Source: the human T2T-CHM13v2.0 reference genome, Homo sapiens
Length of the DNA: 64,000 nucleotides
NCBI RefSeq assembly: GCF_009914755.1
Contig: NC_060929.1
Reading direction: 5' to 3' (one strand)
Shown here: one piece after another, positions 58,464 to 64,000 of the stretch
Layout: every line of letters starts with the position of its first letter
How positions within the stretch are numbered: the stretch's first letter is position 1
Notes under the pieces: model-generated
The model's input: only the letters and a program-made list of their open reading frames with translations
Database searches by the model: none
Told to the model about the DNA's origin: nothing
Made by a program: the position numbers and the translations under genes

Positions 58464-60923
58464 CCCAGTTTCAGCTGTTCTGTAAAACATGAAGCCATTC
58501 CTCTAAGCTTCCATCCCCAGGCCTTCCAAAGTGAATTTCCTCAACACTGCTTAGTTTTTAATTTAAAGCACATCATCCCAGACATACTGTCTACTCAGTT
58601 CTTGCTACATAATGTGATAACTTAATTTTTTATTTATGTAGATTTTGTGAGTAAAAGGACCCAGATGACCGTGGTTAAAGAGCATACCTGAAAGATCAGT
58701 TTCAATAAAAATGACAGAATGGATTAATATGCAACAAAGGGTAGCTGAACAGCTACTATATGCCCAAGGCAGTGGTGGAGAATTTCACATTATCACACTT
58801 TAGCAATCTGTGAAGGAGACATTATTATTTTTGCTTTACTGATAAGAAATATAAGGATCAAAAAAGTTAGGTAACTTTTCCAGTGTTACATTGCTGGTTA
58901 ATGACGTAGCTAAATTATTAAATTTTATCTTGAATCCACTGTTTCTGGAGGAGACAGTTTTATTTTTTATTTTTTTTGCTTTTATTGTGGTTTTCAAGAA
59001 GCACCTCAGAGATTCCACCTTGTCATTTAAGCAGTACTTGAGGGACTTAGATTGATTGCTTCAGGACACTGTGACTAGTGAGAGACATATGCAAAACTAC
59101 TTACATTATGATAAACTTTTCAAATGGAGAGTCTACTTTGTGGCTACTTTCAATCTATATTTTAGAAAACAATTCTTTCTGTTTGCCTTCTACATATTCC
59201 TGTATATTTGTTCAGCAGCAGGGCAGATTCTTATAAGAAAGGCAATCATAGATTAGCTTTTGAACTAATCAATAAAAAAATTTCAGCTCTAGTCCGAAAG
59301 ACTATCATGATTTAATTGTAGATAAAATCCAGCATGCCTAAATGAGGCTACCTGATTTCTTTTTTTTTTTTTTTTTTTTTACAATGTGAGCAGCTGTTTT
59401 TTTGGTTAACTGATTTTTTTTGGAAGAAAGTGTATTATCATATGATGAAGAATTTTCTTCAAAAATGGGATAATTTCCTTCAACAGTTCTCTAATATATA
59501 TAATGTTTAGCAAAAGTAGCATCATGGGACAAGATACTTGTATTTAAAATTCTATTTAAAAGGCTCTGGAGATATTTCCTGCAATATTTAATAAAACTTT
59601 TAAAATTAAACCTACATACTGTTTGCTTAGTTAAGAGTGCTTTTCTATTTTTGCATAATTTAAGACACTGCAAGAAAAATAAGATTCTTGAATCTGGAAA
59701 ATAAATTCCTTTCTCTTGAGCCAGTCTCATTTTGGTGGTCAAAGTGCCTTCCTCATTTCCCTTGTGATTGAACACCAAAGGTGTCTTCAGGGTCATCACT
59801 CTATGTGGGACATTAAAGGTCACATGTATATAAATAGAGAGCCAAAAGCTTGTCTAAGTGTTTTAGGAAAGTTCAGAGTCTTTCCATAGGCTAATTTATC
59901 ATAATTTCTACTAAGTCTCACCAAATGAGAGAGCACAATGAATGAGGATGAGAATCTGACAGAAGTGTAAGCCTGGTCTGGGCAAAATTGTGAATTTAGC
60001 CAAGTTTGTCCTGGGTTCCCCTCCTTTCTCTTTTCCTGCAGTCCCTACCCACTGAGATCAGTTACCCTGTTGCTTAACATTGCCCCAACATTCTTCCACT
60101 GAAAAGTCTTACCCTGAGTGAAGTCCAACTTTTCCATCTCCTTTTGTCCAACAGGAATCTTACATGCATTGAATACCTTCAAGTCAGATACTCGATATTG
60201 TTTTATCCTTTCAAAAACCTCAAAGTAGTGTCAGAGGACATAGTTTCCATTTTATACACAAGGCTCATATATATTAAACCAATTTCCCAACTCATATCAC
60301 TAATGATTAGTAGAACTAGTGATATGGATCCAGGTATGTTTGAGTGACATCTCATATGCTTACCACCATAAAATGCTGCTTCCCAGTCTAATTTACCAGT
60401 TTAATTTTTCTACTTCTTTAGAGGCCAGCAAAGTGAGAACAACTCACAAAACAGCTCCACATAAGGTATCAATGGCTGATATCATCAGTGGGAGCATGGA
60501 GGAGGGCCACCATTTGTCTGCAAGTATTATAGTTCTTCCTCCTGAGGTCAGCCATTCTTGCCCTTGGGTGATCCTGCCCTGGTAATGAGCCTTGATCTCA
60601 GGAGGTGAGCTTGTGGCCCTTCACCCAGGGAGAAATTTCATCTTCTCACTTGCCCCTTCAAGGGTTGTTATTTGTTGAACATCCTAGCTCAAATTATATT
60701 CCTCTCTGATAATCTTCATATGTTAAAAGTAGACTTAAATACCCTAACCCAAGGGATAGAATTGTGTAGATATTTTAGGCACAGGACAAGGGAAACAGCA
60801 CTTTTGTCCTGGTGCTCCACCCTGCCTACCAAGCCCATCTCCTCCCAAAGAAGTGACCTACATCACTTGCATACAGAGTCGGCCCTTGCATCTTCCTCGA
60901 AGCATCATCAAACCTAATCTCCC

Positions 60924-62736
60924 TGTATTAGTCTTCTCATGCTGCTGATAAACACTTACCTGAGACTGGGTAATTTATAAAGAAAAAGAGGTTTAATGGA
61001 CTCACAGTTTGACATCACTGGGGAGGCCTCACAATCATGCAGAAGACAAAGGGAGAGCAAAGGGACTTCTTAGATGGTGGTGGGCAAGACAGAGGGAGAT
61101 AACTTGTGTGGGGAAACTCCTTTTTATAAAACCATCAGATCTTATGAGACTTATTCACTATCATGAGAACAGCATGGGAAAGACCCACCCCCATGATTCA
61201 ATTACCTTCCATCGGGTCCCTCCCACAACATATGGGAATTGTGGGAACTATAATTCTAGATGAGATTTGGGTGGGGACACAGCCAAACCATATCACTCCA
61301 CCCCTGGACCCTCCCAAATCTCACGTCCTCATATTTCAAAAGCAATCATGCCTTTCCAACCGTCACCCAAAGTCTTAACTCATTTCAGCATTAACTCAAA
61401 AGTTCACAGTCCAAAGTCTCATCCGAGACAAGACAAGTCCCTTTAGTAAAATCAAAAGCAAGTTAGTTACTTATTCGATACAATGGGGGTATAGGCATTG
61501 CGTAAATACAGCCATTCCAAATGGGAGAAATTGTCCAAAATGAGGAGGCTACGGCGCTGTGCAAGTCCAAAATCCAGTGAAGCAGTCAAATCTTAAAGTT
61601 CCAAAATGATCTCCTTTCACTCTATGTCTCACATCCAGGTCATACTGATATAAGAGGTGGGTTCCCATGGTCTTGGACAGTTCCACCCTTGTAGCTTTGC
61701 AGGGTACAGCATCCCACCTGGCTGCTTTCATGGGCTGGCATTGAATATCTGCAGCTTTTCCAGGCACATGGTGCAAGCCGTTGGTGGATCTACCATTGTG
61801 GGGTCTGGAGACTGTGGCTCTCTTCTCACAGCTCCACTAGGCAGTTCCCCAGTGGGGCCTTTGTGTGGGGTCTTCAACCACACATTTCCCTTCTGCACTG
61901 CCTTAGCAGAGGTTCTCCATGAGGGTCCTGCCCCTGCAGCAAACTTTTGCCTGGGCATCCAGGCATTTCCACACATCCTCTGAAATCTAGGTGGAGATTC
62001 CCAAACCTTGATTCTTGACTTCTATGCACCTGCAGGCTCAACACCACATGGAAGCTGCCAAGGCTTGGGGCTTGCACCTTCTGAAGCCATGGCCCAAGCT
62101 GTACCTTGGCCCATTTTAGCCATGGCTAGAGTGGCTGAGATGCAGGAAACCAAGTCCCTAGGCTGCACACAGCAGGGGGACCCTGGGCCCAGCCCACGAA
62201 ACCATTTTTTCTTCCTAGTCCTCTGGGCCTGTGATGGGAGGGGCTGCCATCAAGTAGCAAATTTTCCGAACTTTTATGCTGTGTTTCCCTTTTAAAACTG
62301 AATGCTTTTAACAGCACCCAAGTCATGTCTTGAATGCTTTGCTGCTTAGAAATTTCTTCTGCCAGATACACTAAATCATCTCCTTCAAGTTCAAAGTTTC
62401 ATAAATCTCTAGGGCAGGGGCAAAATACCACCAGTCTTTTTGCTAAAACTTAGCAAGAGTCACCTTTACTCTAGTTCTCAACAAATTCCTCATCTCCATC
62501 TGAGACCACCTCAGCCTGGATTTTATTGTCCATACCATTCATTATCAGCATTTTGGTCAAAGCCATTCAATAAGTCTCTAAGAAGTTTCAAACTTTCCCA
62601 CATTTTCCTGTCTTCTTGTGAGCCCTCCAAAGTGTTCCAACCTCTGCCTGTTACCCAGAGAGGTTGGCTGCAGAGGCCTCACAATTATGGTGGAAGACAA
62701 AAGAAGAGCAAAGAGACTTCTTACATGGTGGCAGAT

Positions 62737-62768
<32 letters not shown>

Positions 62769-62974
62769 CAGACAGAGAGAGCTTATGCAGGCAGGCTTCC
62801 TTTTATAGAACCATCAGATCTCGTGAGACTTATTCACTATCCTGAGAACATTATGGGAAAGACTCACTCCCATGATTCAATTACCTCCCACTGGGTCCCT
62901 CCCATGACATGTGGGAATTGTAGGGTCTACAATTCAAGATGAGATTTGGGTGGGGACAGAGCCAAACCATATTA
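60924..62974 (-). mobile_element. THE1C-like MaLR provirus: LTR (60924-61295), internal (61296-~62659), partial LTR (~62660-62974)
   Basis: Two similar THE1 LTRs flank a THE1 internal sequence ('caaagtcttaactcatttcagcattaactcaaaag'); TSD ctccc/ctcac. Confidence 0.92.
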
Positions 62975-63014
62975 CTCACCCAGCATCAGAAATTAAGTGT
63001 AGAAATGTGAATGT

Positions 63015-63327
63015 GGCAAAGACAGTTAGTATGAGCTAAATATTTCCTGTGCTTTTCTAAATCACCTCAGTTCCCTGCAGTTAAGTTCAGACGATGTGAC
63101 CAGTTTGGGCCCATAGGCTATGAATACAAGCTAAAATTAGTGTTCTTCCTCTATCTCTCACGCCCTGCTTAAGGAAAGGTGGAGAAACCTAGATCCCTGA
63201 ATTCCCACATGAAGGAGCATGAGCATGGAAAATTTGTCCCATCCACATCAGACTTTTCCTGAGAGAGAAAAGCATCTTTGCTTTGTTAAGTCACTGAGAT
63301 TTTGAGGTTTGTTACTGGAGCCTATCA
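63015..63327 (+). mobile_element. MLT1H/I/J-type LTR fragment
   Basis: 'ccctgcagttaag...atgtgaccagttt...tgttaagtcactgagattttgaggtttgttac'. Confidence 0.6.
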
Positions 63328-64000
63328 TGTTCTGGAGAAAACAGGGTGATTTTTGTGTGAAATGTCCTCCTTATTCCAGGTTATCTGCTCTATGAACTGA
63401 CCTTGCAGAAACAGACGTTATTTGAAGGAAAATCCTGCCTACAAATTTGGAATTTGTTTCAGCTTCACAATGGCAGTCTTCGAAAACCTTCAATCAGCAG
63501 TCTAGCTTATATTAATATTTAGGTTATTGAGGCTATTGAGTATTGAGGAACAAAATTAGTTGCAGTCTTAGAGTATAGGTAATAACTATCATTCCCTCAT
63601 AGATGCTGTGATTTTACCCATTCCTGCAGATAGCTGGCAAAGGCTGATGTTTGACACGTAATGCAGTATTGCAGACACTGCTTTTCCATGTTGAAACAGA
63701 GTGGATGATAGAGCTGCTATTTAATGACAGATGCCACTATGGCCTGTAATGGGTAGTTCTGGCTTTGGCACTAGTTTCTCTTCTTTCTCAGGGATTTCCA
63801 GGGTTAAAGTAATAGATATTCTCTGTATTATTCTTACAAAAACAAGAACAAAACAATAGATCACTATAAAGGGAGTTTACAACATTGCTCCCAACCCTCC
63901 CTGGGCCATTTGGCCAGGACATTCCTGTGTGTTTGACAGAAGGCTCTGCCTGCCTCTCTCAGCCTCCAAGCTTTGTGTCATGCTCCAAGGAACATGCAGA

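Noticed and set aside
61009-62845. Cluster of 70-120 aa ORFs on both strands
   Set aside because: All inside THE1 LTR/internal sequence

Overview
This 64-kb window is AT-rich, CpG-poor primate (most likely human) non-coding DNA, either intergenic or deep intronic. I find no intact host protein-coding gene, RNA gene, CpG island or CRISPR-like array, and nothing I can honestly call a new biological system. Roughly half or more is interspersed repeat. LINE/SINE content: Alus (J, S, Y), a 4-kb 5'-truncated young L1PA with a perfect 17-bp TSD (source of the long ORFs at 32.7-36.3 kb), older L1PA/L1PB/L1M pieces, L2 and MIR. LTR content: MaLR (MLT1, THE1 including a near-complete provirus), ERVL (MLT2, LTR16 plus internal, LTR33) and ERV1 LTRs (LTR8, LTR47/MER72-like). 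DNA transposon content: an Hsmar2 mariner with nested AluY and L1, plus MER1A, MER2, MER94, MER119, MER115, MER63 and a hAT-Tip100-like piece. The most interesting signals are small-scale: an 87-bp locally templated insertion inside an Alu monomer, a cluster of four STAT GAS motifs, a ~30-bp micro-L1 with TSD, a palindromic AT-rich 33-bp VNTR, several template-switch/duplication scars between 44.7 and 54.2 kb, and a few motif-rich unique stretches that could be enhancers. Repeat subfamily names come from remembered consensus sequences, not a database search, and the boundaries of old repeats are approximate.
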